Under the pieces are notes generated by a model that was not told the DNA's origin, made no database searches, and saw nothing but the letters and a program-made list of their open reading frames with translations. 64,000 nt of DNA, from positions 1,904-65,903 of the forward strand of contig LSNO01000076.1 of assembly GCA_002082305.1 (NCBI GenBank), read 5' to 3'. Positions within the stretch are counted from its first letter, which is position 1. Each line of letters opens with the position of its first letter. The position numbers were made by a program, and so were the translations under genes. Of the stretch, positions 55,281-64,000 are shown one piece after another. The DNA comes from SAR324 cluster bacterium SAR324-CTD7B. Lineage in GTDB: Bacteria; SAR324; NAC60-12.

Positions 55281-56348
55281 ATGATTATGCCTAGTTTACC
55301 TCAACAGAATAAAGATCACAATTTGGTAACACAATTTCTCCGCTCAATTCATTATAAAAGCTCATCCGGACAAAAACCATACGGAAATGCTCTGTCTATA
55401 TTGCGCGCAATTTTTGAAGCATCGGGTCAACAGCATTTGCTTTATTTAGTCAAACTGCGCAAACTCTGGTTTGCTGAGATCGACAGTTTTATGGCCAGGA
55501 ACTCTTATCCACGAAATATTTCTGTACTTCGCCAATTCACAGTCAATGATGATTTTTGTCAAGAATTGGCCAAAGCAAGTGTTTCTCCTGATTTTTTGCA
55601 GGCAGTAGAAAAGTTAAACGGAGAAAGCTTCAAACGTTCAGAACAATTAAATGGTCAGTTGCAAAAAAGACTGAAACGTTTGTTGTCTCCAGAAGAATCA
55701 GAATTGTTGAAACATAAAGTCAGGTTTAAACATCTGCAAACAATTTTGCACTTAACCGTGTATGACGGAAGCATCGCTCAGGCTCTCCGATTTGAAACTG
55801 AGGCTTATCTTCGCATCTTTCATCGATTGTTGCCAGAATTAAAATTAGATAGTATAAATTGCCATGTTGGAGATTTGGGGCAGGCACAATATGATCAGCG
55901 TCAGGTTGCGTTGCTGGCAAAAGACTGGAATCAAGTCACACCACCGGAGGTGCATGAACGCTGTATGCCGGCTTTCCTACATCGTGTTTCACGGGGACAT
56001 GCAGTGTTGGTGCTCTATGTCTCAACTGAGGAAGGTTTGGAATATTTGAAACGCACTCCTGGATCTGATTGGCTGGTCCAGCATTTACACAAAAAACGGA
56101 CAGAGCTGCAGGAAGTTTTGCAGAGAATCGCATTTGTACCAAAACCTGAACTGGATTTGGAGCAAATTCGTTTGCGTTCTGTTGTACTGGGAGAAATTGA
56201 TTCGGAAAAACTTTCTTCTGTTACAGAAATAACAAGCAGGAAGTCGACTGCCAGTACCTCAAAAACGACTCTTTCGGCAAAAGAACAGTTTGCTAAAATT
56301 AGAATGCATTTAAATGAAGGCACCAGCGATGAAGTTAATTCTGCTTAA
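55281..56348 (+). CDS. Hypothetical protein; tentative DUF721/DciA-like modules
   Basis: 355 aa. LRKLWFAEIDSFMARNSYPRNI resembles the W..ivG..la.hs.P core of DUF721. ILHLTVYDGSIAQALRFETEAYLRIF and AVLVLYVSTEEGLEYLKR resemble its L.v.v.s...a.eL half. This is pattern resemblance only. Confidence 0.3.
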   Translation: MIMPSLPQQNKDHNLVTQFLRSIHYKSSSGQKPYGNALSILRAIFEASGQQHLLYLVKLRKLWFAEIDSFMARNSYPRNISVLRQFTVNDDFCQELAKASVSPDFLQAVEKLNGESFKRSEQLNGQLQKRLKRLLSPEESELLKHKVRFKHLQTILHLTVYDGSIAQALRFETEAYLRIFHRLLPELKLDSINCHVGDLGQAQYDQRQVALLAKDWNQVTPPEVHERCMPAFLHRVSRGHAVLVLYVSTEEGLEYLKRTPGSDWLVQHLHKKRTELQEVLQRIAFVPKPELDLEQIRLRSVVLGEIDSEKLSSVTEITSRKSTASTSKTTLSAKEQFAKIRMHLNEGTSDEVNSA

Positions 56349-57241
56349 AGAGACTCAAAAAGCGTACAGTAACTTTTGTAGCGTTGCTCCGTAATTTTTT
56401 TAGAGGCGACTGCATCTTTAATTAAACATTGTGGCTCGTGAATGTGCGTGCAGCCTTTGAATTTACACTGCCCCAAATATGGAACAAATTCTACATAATG
56501 AGAATCCAGCTCATTCGGTGTCACCAGTGGTTCCAGTTCACGGATTCCGGGAGTATCCACGATGAAGCCTCCTATAGGAATTCGAAACATTTCTGCCATT
56601 CTGGTAGTGTGACGGCCTTTACCAGATTTGTTGCTTATACGACCGATGCGGATTTCCCAGTCAGGAAAAAGAGCCTTTATGAGCGATGATTTTCCTACTC
56701 CAGAATGTCCGGAAAGGACGGTTGTGCGATTTTGCAGTAAATCCCGCAGCGACTCGAGACCTCTGGATTCCGGAATACTTGTGACTAAAATGGTATAGCC
56801 GAGGGAAGAATAGAGGTTTTCAATCGGAGATATTTCATCTGAAGTTGCCAAATCAGCCTTGCTCAGGATGAGCACAGGCTCGAGTCCGCCACATGAAGCA
56901 GCCACTAACAAGCGGTCTACCAATCCTCCTCGGAACGGTGGGGTACGCATCGAGGCAACCATCAGAAGTGTATCTGCATTGCTGACTAAAACCTGTTCCG
57001 GATACCCGACACTCGGGCGACGCGAAAGTTTGGTTCGTCTGGGAAACATCCGGAGGATCCACCCCGCATCTTCCGCTGCTGTCAGATCGACTTCGACCTC
57101 ATCGCCAACTGCAATTTTATTTATGTAGGAGCTTTCTTTGAACAAGTTTCCACGGATGCGACATAGGCGGGGCTCTATTTCTCCAACATCCACATAGTAA
57201 AAACTTTTGGTGTGCCTGACGATGGTTCCTGTTTGCGTCAA
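56345..57241 (-). CDS. rsgA: Ribosome small-subunit-dependent GTPase A
   Basis: 298 aa. OB-fold N-terminus, circularly permuted GTPase (LSKADL, then SGHSGVGKSSL), C-terminal zinc knuckle CKFKGCTHIHEPQC. Confidence 0.88.
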   Translation of the reverse strand: MTQTGTIVRHTKSFYYVDVGEIEPRLCRIRGNLFKESSYINKIAVGDEVEVDLTAAEDAGWILRMFPRRTKLSRRPSVGYPEQVLVSNADTLLMVASMRTPPFRGGLVDRLLVAASCGGLEPVLILSKADLATSDEISPIENLYSSLGYTILVTSIPESRGLESLRDLLQNRTTVLSGHSGVGKSSLIKALFPDWEIRIGRISNKSGKGRHTTRMAEMFRIPIGGFIVDTPGIRELEPLVTPNELDSHYVEFVPYLGQCKFKGCTHIHEPQCLIKDAVASKKITEQRYKSYCTLFESL

Positions 57242-57263
57242 CTTTCTCCGGCAAGCGTGTGGG

Positions 57264-58760
57264 TCATTCTTCCGGTTCGAGCTCGAAATCTATTCCTTCT
57301 GCTCGATATTCGTTGAGCTTATTTCGCAGAGTCCGAATACTGATACCTAAAGTTTTTGCAGCATGAGTACGGTTACCTTTTGTCTCATGGAGAGTTTTGA
57401 AAATAAAACGCTTTTCTGCTTCCTTCATTGACATTCCCACTTCTATTCCCAGACCATTATCTGGTGAGTTTTGTGGTTCTGAAAAAGTAAACGATGTCTG
57501 AGAGGAATATGATGCTGGAGTTTTTGAATAGTCTGTCGTTATTGCTGCCAAATCTTCATTTATGGTAGTCTCCCCAAGTTGAGAAGACATGAGTAAATGA
57601 CTGGGTTGGATTTCCTCACCGTTACAGAGCAGCAAAGCACGCTCCATGACGTTTTCTAATTCTCGAACATTACCACGCCAATGGTAATTTGTGAGAATAT
57701 TTAAGGTTTCACGACTTACTGCGGGACAATTACGTTTGTTTATCTGGGAGTGCTTTTTGATAAAATATGTTACCAGTACCGGAACATCGTCCATCCTGTC
57801 CCGCAGAGGAGGAAGCGCAAGAGGAAATACGTTTAAACGAAAATAAAGGTCCTCGCGGAATTTTCCAGAATCAATCATTTCCAGCAAATTCTGGTTGGTA
57901 GTGGCAATCACTCTGACATCCACCGGAATAGGTTCTTTACCGCCGACTTTGTCAATTTGATATTCCTGCAGTACACGTAAGAGTTTTGCCTGCAGAGGCA
58001 AAGCCATTTCACTGATCTCATCCAAAAGAATTGTACCTGTGTGGGCTTGTTCAAATTTTCCGCGATAATCCTGAATAGCTCCAGTAAAGGCACCTTTTGC
58101 GTGTCCGAAGAGCTCACTTTCCAGCAATGTCTCCGGAAGTGCTGCACAGTTTATTGCAACAAAAGGTCTCTTCGCACGGTCAGAATTTTCATGGATATAA
58201 TATGCCAGCAGTTCTTTACCTGTTCCGCTTTCACTCTGAATCATCATTGTTGATTTACTTTTTGCTACATTCTTGGCAACTTTTAGTAAATCCAACATTG
58301 TTTGGTTCTGCGTGATGATTTCTTTGGTCACATTTATTGGTTTTGACTTTGAAGTCTCTCTTTCAGCTACTGGAGCTGCAGTTCCAGGAGTGCCTTTGTA
58401 ATTCAAGGCTTGCTGGACAATAAACTGAAATGAATCAAAATTAATTGGTTTGCGGATGTAATCGAAAGCACCGTGCTTCATTGCTTCCACTGCTGTTTCT
58501 ACAGTTCCGTAAGCAGTTGCCATAATCACGGGCTTGGCAGGTGAGATGCTTTTTATGTCTTTAAGTAATTCCAGTCCACTGCGTTTTGGCATGGTCATAT
58601 CTGTAATGACCAGAGAATATTCGTTTTGCTTGAACTTTTTGAGTGCATCAATTGCGTTGTGCGATATTTCTACCGGGTAGCCGCAGTGTTTCAGTGTTTC
58701 AGACATGGCGATACGCATTTCAACTTCATCGTCTACAATCAAAACCGGTTGGTTGACCAT
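57264..58760 (-). CDS. Sigma-54-dependent response regulator (NtrC family: receiver, AAA+ and Fis-type HTH)
   Basis: 498 aa. Receiver VLIVDDE...ITDMTMP. AAA+ SESGTGKE, GAFTGA, ESELFGH. C-terminal HAAKTLGISIRTLRNKL. Confidence 0.88.
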   Translation of the reverse strand: MVNQPVLIVDDEVEMRIAMSETLKHCGYPVEISHNAIDALKKFKQNEYSLVITDMTMPKRSGLELLKDIKSISPAKPVIMATAYGTVETAVEAMKHGAFDYIRKPINFDSFQFIVQQALNYKGTPGTAAPVAERETSKSKPINVTKEIITQNQTMLDLLKVAKNVAKSKSTMMIQSESGTGKELLAYYIHENSDRAKRPFVAINCAALPETLLESELFGHAKGAFTGAIQDYRGKFEQAHTGTILLDEISEMALPLQAKLLRVLQEYQIDKVGGKEPIPVDVRVIATTNQNLLEMIDSGKFREDLYFRLNVFPLALPPLRDRMDDVPVLVTYFIKKHSQINKRNCPAVSRETLNILTNYHWRGNVRELENVMERALLLCNGEEIQPSHLLMSSQLGETTINEDLAAITTDYSKTPASYSSQTSFTFSEPQNSPDNGLGIEVGMSMKEAEKRFIFKTLHETKGNRTHAAKTLGISIRTLRNKLNEYRAEGIDFELEPEE

Positions 58761-59098
58761 ATTAAATTCCTTTCATTTGATGTCCATCAGGCGGTCATCT
58801 TATATGCATTCAGTGTTAAAGTTTCAAAACAGGATAGTATATTAGTTTGGGGTAGTCGATTTAGCTGACATTTTGGCATGATCATAACATATCCGGTTGG
58901 TTAATGCACGATTCATGCGAAGTCAAATAGTCTTTTGTTTCAAAGATGTAAACTGCACTATCTGAAAATTAAATTTCTTGTTCAACAACATCCACGCTTA
59001 TTAGTCATGACATAGTATAAACAGTGTTTTTGAGTTGAATATTCCAAGCACTCTGTTAGTGTTTATGTTACGTTTTAATAAAATAAAAAGGAGACAAA

Positions 59099-59365
59099 AT
59101 GAGCCTTGAAGAAGATTTCAATTCTGCAGCTGAACGTGCGACCCAGCTTCCAAAGCGTCCACCAAATGATATTATGCTCCAACTTTATGCACTTTATAAA
59201 CAAGCTAACGAAGGCGATGTAACAGGCGACCGTCCAGGCTTTGCCGATTTTGAAGGTCGGGCAAAGTTTGATAGCTGGAATAAACTCCAGGGGAAATCTG
59301 GCGAAGATGCGAAGCAGGAATATATTTCTCTTGTCGAAAAACTAGAACAAGAAGTTGCCGAATAA
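59099..59365 (+). CDS. Acyl-CoA-binding protein (ACBP)
   Basis: 88 aa. LYALYKQANEGDVTGDRPGFADFEGRAKFDSWNKLQGKS matches the ACBP signature (YKQAT.GD...P.G..D..GKAK.DAW..L.G). Strong RBS AAAGGAG. Confidence 0.85.
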   Translation: MSLEEDFNSAAERATQLPKRPPNDIMLQLYALYKQANEGDVTGDRPGFADFEGRAKFDSWNKLQGKSGEDAKQEYISLVEKLEQEVAE

Positions 59366-59372
59366 AAACTTC

Positions 59373-60854
59373 ATGCCATTCGATCTTTCCTTAATAGATC
59401 TAGTTGAACGCATCAAGTCAGGAGAACTCCGTGCAGAGGCAGTGATGGAGGCAGTTTATTCCCGGATTAATCAGTACAACTCTTCGTTGAATGTCTACCG
59501 TAGTCTTTTGCCGCGTGAAATTGCAATTTCTCGTGCACGTATAATAGACGAGGAAATTTCTTCCGGAAAGACCCTTGGCAAACTTGCAGGTATTCCGGTA
59601 TCGATTAAAGACAATATCTGTATCAAAGATCCGGAGTTGAGCAATGCATGTGGTTCACAAATTCTGGGTGAATATCACTCTCCATACAATGCAACTGTAG
59701 TAGAGAAATTATTGCAGGAAGATGCAGTTATTATTGGAACTACGAATATGGACGAGTTCGCAATGGGGTCGTCCACAGAAAATTCTTTTTTCAGTCCGAC
59801 CCGTAATCCGTGGGATACGGAACGTGTTCCGGGTGGAAGTAGTGGCGGTGCGGCGGTTTCTGTTGCTTCCGGAATGGCCTTGTTGGCTCTCGGTTCTGAT
59901 ACCGGAGGTTCGGTGCGCCAACCGGCTTCGATGTGCGGTGTTTCCGGATTAAAGCCATCTTACGGCACTGTTTCGCGTTACGGCCTGGTGGCTTTTGGTT
60001 CGTCTCTAGATCAAATCGGTTGCCTTGCACCCAGTGCTGCGGATTGCCGTTATGCCTTTTCAATCATTCACGGACACGATCCGCACGAAAGTACTTCTGC
60101 AAAAATAGAATTATCAGCGGCTCCAGATGTCGCAAAACTCTCCGGTTTGCGGGTTTGTCTTCCGGATGAATATGTAGCTGCAGAATCTTTTGATCCGGAT
60201 GTTGTAGGGAGCGTTCATGAGTTAGAGGCACTGTTGCAGAAACACGGTGCAACGGTTGAACGGCGTTCACTGGATTTTCTGAAATATGTTATTCCAACTT
60301 ATTACGTCCTCGCTTTTGCAGAAGCCAGTTCCAACCTGGGACGTTTCGACGGAATTCGTTACGGAATAAGGAAGCAGGATCAGCCATCCTTGAAATCACT
60401 ATACACATCTACCAGGAAAAAGGGTTTTGGTGTGGAAGTAAAACGCAGAATCATGCTTGGAACATTTGTACTCAGTTCAGGTTATTATGATCAATATTAT
60501 GGACGAGCTGTGCAGGTGAGGGCTTGGATGGAAAAACAAGTGGCATTGCTGTTTGAGGAATTTGATTTTATACTGGGACCAGTTTCTCCTTTTCCTGCAT
60601 TCAAGTTAGGAGAAAAAAATGAAGATCCACTGGCAATGTACTTGGCAGATATTTGCAGTGTACTTGCAAACCTGACACGAACACCTGCAATCTCAATTCC
60701 TGGAAGACCAACCAGTGACGGATTACCAGTTGGGTTACAATTAATGGGCCGGCGTTTTGAAGATCATAACCTTTTAGCAACCGCATCTGCCATTCAAGAA
60801 CTGACTGCATTTCATAAACTGCGACCAGAAAAAGTTTTTGCAACAAAACCATAA
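59373..60854 (+). CDS. gatA: Glutamyl-tRNA(Gln)/aspartyl-tRNA(Asn) amidotransferase subunit A
   Basis: 493 aa from ATG 59373. Amidase signature GGSSGGAAVSVASG...GSDTGGSVRQPAS. Confidence 0.88.
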   Translation: MPFDLSLIDLVERIKSGELRAEAVMEAVYSRINQYNSSLNVYRSLLPREIAISRARIIDEEISSGKTLGKLAGIPVSIKDNICIKDPELSNACGSQILGEYHSPYNATVVEKLLQEDAVIIGTTNMDEFAMGSSTENSFFSPTRNPWDTERVPGGSSGGAAVSVASGMALLALGSDTGGSVRQPASMCGVSGLKPSYGTVSRYGLVAFGSSLDQIGCLAPSAADCRYAFSIIHGHDPHESTSAKIELSAAPDVAKLSGLRVCLPDEYVAAESFDPDVVGSVHELEALLQKHGATVERRSLDFLKYVIPTYYVLAFAEASSNLGRFDGIRYGIRKQDQPSLKSLYTSTRKKGFGVEVKRRIMLGTFVLSSGYYDQYYGRAVQVRAWMEKQVALLFEEFDFILGPVSPFPAFKLGEKNEDPLAMYLADICSVLANLTRTPAISIPGRPTSDGLPVGLQLMGRRFEDHNLLATASAIQELTAFHKLRPEKVFATKP

Positions 60855-60921
60855 AACATGAAAAGTGGATTGCAAATCTGCAATCAAAGAATCTTAAATC
60901 TCAAACCTGAAACCTGACTGA

Positions 60922-62190
60922 ATGCTTGATCTAAAAATAATCAGAAGCCAGCCTGAAGTAATTGCAGAGAATTGCCGAAAACGGAACGTTGACGTTGATA
61001 TTGAAAAATTGTTAGCATTTGATGAGCAAGTACGGCAGATTACATCTGAAGTTGATTCTGTCAGACAACGACGGAATGACATCAGTAATAAAATGAAAGG
61101 CAAAATTCCACCTGAGGAACGTCAGCCTCTGATTGAAGAATCAAAAAACTTGCGTGAAGAAGAGTCGGAAAAAGATTCAATACTTCGAGAACTGCTTGAG
61201 CAGCGGCTTGATTTGCACAAGCAGGTTCCAAACTTGACACATCCAGAATCTCCGGAAGGTTTTACTGATGAAGAAAATGTTCCAATTCGGGAAGTTGGAA
61301 CAAAACGCGAATTTGATTTTGAACCTAAGGACCATGTTGAGTTAATGGAAGCACTTGATTTGATTGACTTTGACGGAGGTGCAAAAGTTTCTGGACAAAA
61401 GTTTTACTACCTCAAAAATCAGGCTGTATTTTTGGAATTAGCTTTGGCCCAATATGCCCTGAGTTTGCTGCAAAAAGAAGGATTTACAGTACATATTACA
61501 CCGGACTTGGCTCGGCATCAGATTTTGGACGGTATTGGATTTAATCCACGTGGTGCAGAAACACAGATTTATTCAGTAGAAGAATCGGATCTCTGTCTGA
61601 TTGCGACTGCAGAAATAACTTTGGGCGGTTTGTTGATCGATCAGGTACTCCAACCGGAACAGTTACCGATTCTGTATGCAGGGCTTTCTCATTGTTACCG
61701 CACAGAAGCAGGTGCGGCCGGACGTGAATCACGAGGATTATACAGGGTACATCAGTTTTCTAAAATAGAAATGTTTGCCTTTACCCATCCAGATAAGTCT
61801 GAAGAAATGCATGAAAAAATGCGTGAAATTGAGGAACAAATTTACCAGGATTTGGAGATCCCATATCAGCTGGTTAATATTTGCGTAGGTGACCTTGGAG
61901 GAGCAGCTTATCGCAAATATGATTTGGAAGCCTGGATGCCGGGGCGTGGCAAATGGGGCGAGGTGACATCCACTTCAAACTGTACAGATTATCAGTCACG
62001 TCGCATGAACATTCGCTTTAAAGACCCGGAAACAGGAAAAAACAGATTTGTCCATATGCTAAATGGAACTGCAATTGCGGTTTCCAGAACTTTGATTGCC
62101 CTCATAGAGAATGGTCAACAAAAAGACGGTTCAATTAAACTCCCGCGTTGTTTGAATATTAAGGATATTCCAGCACCTGCTTCCGGATAA
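60922..62190 (+). CDS. serS: Serine-tRNA ligase
   Basis: 422 aa. MLDLKIIR start, N-terminal coiled coil, class II motifs (YRTEAGAAGRESRGLYRVHQF, NGTAIAVSRTLIALIEN). Confidence 0.92.
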   Translation: MLDLKIIRSQPEVIAENCRKRNVDVDIEKLLAFDEQVRQITSEVDSVRQRRNDISNKMKGKIPPEERQPLIEESKNLREEESEKDSILRELLEQRLDLHKQVPNLTHPESPEGFTDEENVPIREVGTKREFDFEPKDHVELMEALDLIDFDGGAKVSGQKFYYLKNQAVFLELALAQYALSLLQKEGFTVHITPDLARHQILDGIGFNPRGAETQIYSVEESDLCLIATAEITLGGLLIDQVLQPEQLPILYAGLSHCYRTEAGAAGRESRGLYRVHQFSKIEMFAFTHPDKSEEMHEKMREIEEQIYQDLEIPYQLVNICVGDLGGAAYRKYDLEAWMPGRGKWGEVTSTSNCTDYQSRRMNIRFKDPETGKNRFVHMLNGTAIAVSRTLIALIENGQQKDGSIKLPRCLNIKDIPAPASG

Positions 62191-62268
62191 TAGTATTTTT
62201 GTCTTTCAATTGAGTTGTTTTAGTTTTAATGTATGCATTCTTAATAACCCTTTGCCCAAAAAAATAAT

Positions 62269-62793
62269 ATGAAAATACTCGCAATTTTAACAATTTTTAT
62301 TATTTCTTCAACTTTTGTTTTTGGGGAATTGCCCATTGGGGAAATTCCACCAACAATTGTTCTAAAAGATGATTTAGGTGGAAGACTTGATGGTACTCAG
62401 TGGAGCAGTGAGGAATTGGTTTCCGGAAAAGTCCTTGTCCTTTTTTATGTCGATCCGGACGAATCTGATCTGAACAACCATGTAAGTGAAGCTCTCAAGG
62501 CAGAAAAATACCCTCCAGAAAATTATGGTTCTGTTGCAGTCATCAACATGGCAGCAACATGGCTTCCAAATTTTGCGATTAACATCAAACTGAAAAGCAA
62601 ACAAGAGGAATATAAAACAACAGTCTATGTAAAAGACCTTGAAAAAACTCTTGTTCAAAAGTGGGGGTTAAGTGATGATAACAGTAACGTAGTGCTCTTC
62701 TCTAAAGATGGGAAAGTACTTTATAGTGTTGATGGTAAATTCACTGATACGCAGGTTAAGGAAATAGTAAAAACCGTTTGGGATAATTTGTAG
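62269..62793 (+). CDS. YtfJ-family periplasmic protein (thioredoxin-like fold)
   Basis: 174 aa. Signal peptide. GKVLVLFYVDPDE...AVINMAATWLPNFAI pattern as in YtfJ/HI0045. Confidence 0.6.
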   Translation: MKILAILTIFIISSTFVFGELPIGEIPPTIVLKDDLGGRLDGTQWSSEELVSGKVLVLFYVDPDESDLNNHVSEALKAEKYPPENYGSVAVINMAATWLPNFAINIKLKSKQEEYKTTVYVKDLEKTLVQKWGLSDDNSNVVLFSKDGKVLYSVDGKFTDTQVKEIVKTVWDNL

Positions 62794-62826
62794 TAGTGGA
62801 AGACTCAAAATTCGGTTGATTATTAA

Positions 62827-63285
62827 TCAGTTTGACTTCGCAAATTTCTTTCGGGCCTGAACAGCAAGTTCGTCGCAGCGGTCATTTTCGGGATTCCCGG
62901 AATGACCTTTGACCCAATGCCATGAAACTTCATGCTTCTTACTGACTTCGAGCAGACGAAGCCAGAGGTCTTTATTTGCAACAGGTTTTCTTGCTTTACT
63001 TTTCCAGCCGTTATTCTGCCAATTATTTAACCAGTTTTTCTCAAATGCATTTTTTAGATAACTGGAATCTGTGTAGAGTTTAACAACACATGATTTTTTT
63101 AAGGCTTCCAGGGCTTTGATGGCAGCAGTCATTTCCATACGGTTATTAGTAGAGTCAACTTCAGAGCCGGAAAGTTCGGTGCGGAGATTGTGTTCTTTGG
63201 AAATCAAAACTGCTCCCCAACCTCCAATTCCCGGATTAGGCGAGCAGGCACCATCGGTGTAAATTGTAACTGATGTTTTTAGCAT
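62827..63285 (-). CDS. rnhA: Ribonuclease HI
   Basis: 152 aa. IYTDGAC...GGWGAVL, NNRMEMTAAIKALE, TDSSY, WVKGHSG..ENDRCDELA (DEDD catalytic pattern). Confidence 0.9.
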   Translation of the reverse strand: MLKTSVTIYTDGACSPNPGIGGWGAVLISKEHNLRTELSGSEVDSTNNRMEMTAAIKALEALKKSCVVKLYTDSSYLKNAFEKNWLNNWQNNGWKSKARKPVANKDLWLRLLEVSKKHEVSWHWVKGHSGNPENDRCDELAVQARKKFAKSN

Positions 63286-63387
63286 TTTTTTGTGAATTTG
63301 TCTTTTGAAGAATCAAAGTATAACAGAAAGAACATCTGACTGCGATTTCAAACTGCATTTTTTTAGTAATTTCTGCTTGTTGAGTTT

Positions 63388-63729
63388 GTGGGGCAGATGA
63401 ATCTTGATTTTAAACAATTTGGAACATGGATCTATGTTGATCCGGATGAACAGAGTATAGAGCTTTTAGAAGAGACTCTTAATTTAGACATGCTTTGTGA
63501 ATTATTACGTTGTGACTCTACTGATATGGAAGAGTTGGGCGGACCATTCCTGGCTTATTTTGATGGAGAAGGAGCATCGCAGGAAAGACAGACAGAATGG
63601 GAATTTAATGAAAATCCATGTTGGGGTCCAATACTGATTGTCAAAATCGGAAAAGAAGATTCCAGGCTTGAAACCTGTGATGAGGATGATCTGGCAGTAA
63701 TAGTGCCACTGGTAAAATTTTTAGACTGA
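63388..63729 (+). CDS. Hypothetical acidic protein
   Basis: 113 aa (GTG 63388, alternative ATG 63397). No motif that I can name with confidence. Confidence 0.35.
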   Translation: MGQMNLDFKQFGTWIYVDPDEQSIELLEETLNLDMLCELLRCDSTDMEELGGPFLAYFDGEGASQERQTEWEFNENPCWGPILIVKIGKEDSRLETCDEDDLAVIVPLVKFLD

Positions 63730-63750
63730 CAAAAAAAGGAATAATTAGAT

Positions 63751-64000
63751 ATGAATGTTTCAACTTTTCGCGCATTGGTGGTCAGTAAAACTGACGAAAA
63801 AACTTTTACCCGTGAAATCACCGAGCGCTCAATCAGCGATCTTCCGGAAGGTGAGGTGCTCATCCGGGTACATTTTTCTTCACTGAATTATAAAGACGGG
63901 CTTTCATGCATTGGAAATCCAGGTGTAACTCGCAATTATCCTCACACGCCTGGAATAGACGCATCCGGAAAGGTTACAGAAAGTTCAGATTCGCAGTTCA
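63751..64000 (+). CDS. MDR-family quinone oxidoreductase, YhdH/AcuI-like (3' end cut by the window edge)
   Basis: Not in the ORF track because no stop is reached. ATG 63751 gives MNVSTFRALVVSKTDEKTFTREI...LIRVHFSSLNYKDGLSCIGNPGVTRNYPHTPGIDASGKV, the typical YhdH/acrylyl-CoA reductase N-terminus. Confidence 0.7.
   Translation, partial: MNVSTFRALVVSKTDEKTFTREITERSISDLPEGEVLIRVHFSSLNYKDGLSCIGNPGVTRNYPHTPGIDASGKVTESSDSQF

Noticed and set aside
58874-58889. Sigma-54 promoter-like TGGCAT-N5-TAAC upstream of the ACBP gene. A similar TTGGCAAAATTGATGT lies upstream of the CHAT gene near 34792.
   Set aside because: The -12 element (TTGC) is missing, and GG-N10-GC spacing is not satisfied.
60868-60885. 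Hairpin GATTGCA-aatc-TGCAATC after gatA, and GAGAAC-ttg-GTTCTC at 17228-17242, considered as intrinsic terminators
   Set aside because: The stems are short and AT-rich, with no following T-run. I cannot support them as terminators from sequence alone.

Overview
This is a densely packed (~90% coding) chromosomal segment of a diderm (Gram-negative) bacterium, roughly 40-45% G+C by eye. The lineage cannot be assigned without a database search. I support about 55 protein genes. Most are housekeeping: hscA-like, argC, hemE, mutL, trxB, argG, tldD, secA, valS, lptF/G-like, lolA, rph, lgt, cbiB, cobU, aroB, rsgA, gatA, serS and rnhA. I saw no rRNA, tRNA, CRISPR array, transposase or integrase. The points worth a second look are listed here. 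(1) An ArsC/Spx-family gene is truncated in the ORF track because it contains an in-frame TGA at the redox-motif position (U-T-S-C). This is a probable selenoprotein with a candidate SECIS hairpin, and it abuts argC. (2) A PaaK-type CoA ligase sits next to a three-subunit molybdenum hydroxylase locus. Its FAD subunit carries a Cys-rich insertion like that of 4-hydroxybenzoyl-CoA reductase. The locus is interrupted by two tandem paralogous lipoprotein genes and preceded by alternative hairpins. (3) A 1166-aa signal-peptide/TPR/CHAT (caspase-like) protein is tightly followed by an Ntn isoaspartyl-peptidase homologue. (4) Several unusual architectures occur: a Zn-finger DnaC/DnaI-like AAA+ protein, a membrane-tethered cold-shock domain protein, and an APC permease fused to PTS-EIIA and TrkA-C domains. 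An ACBP gene also lies directly upstream of gatA. (5) The palindrome TCCGGA is more than 10-fold over-represented across the window. All functional calls rest on motif recognition in the translations and no searches were run.
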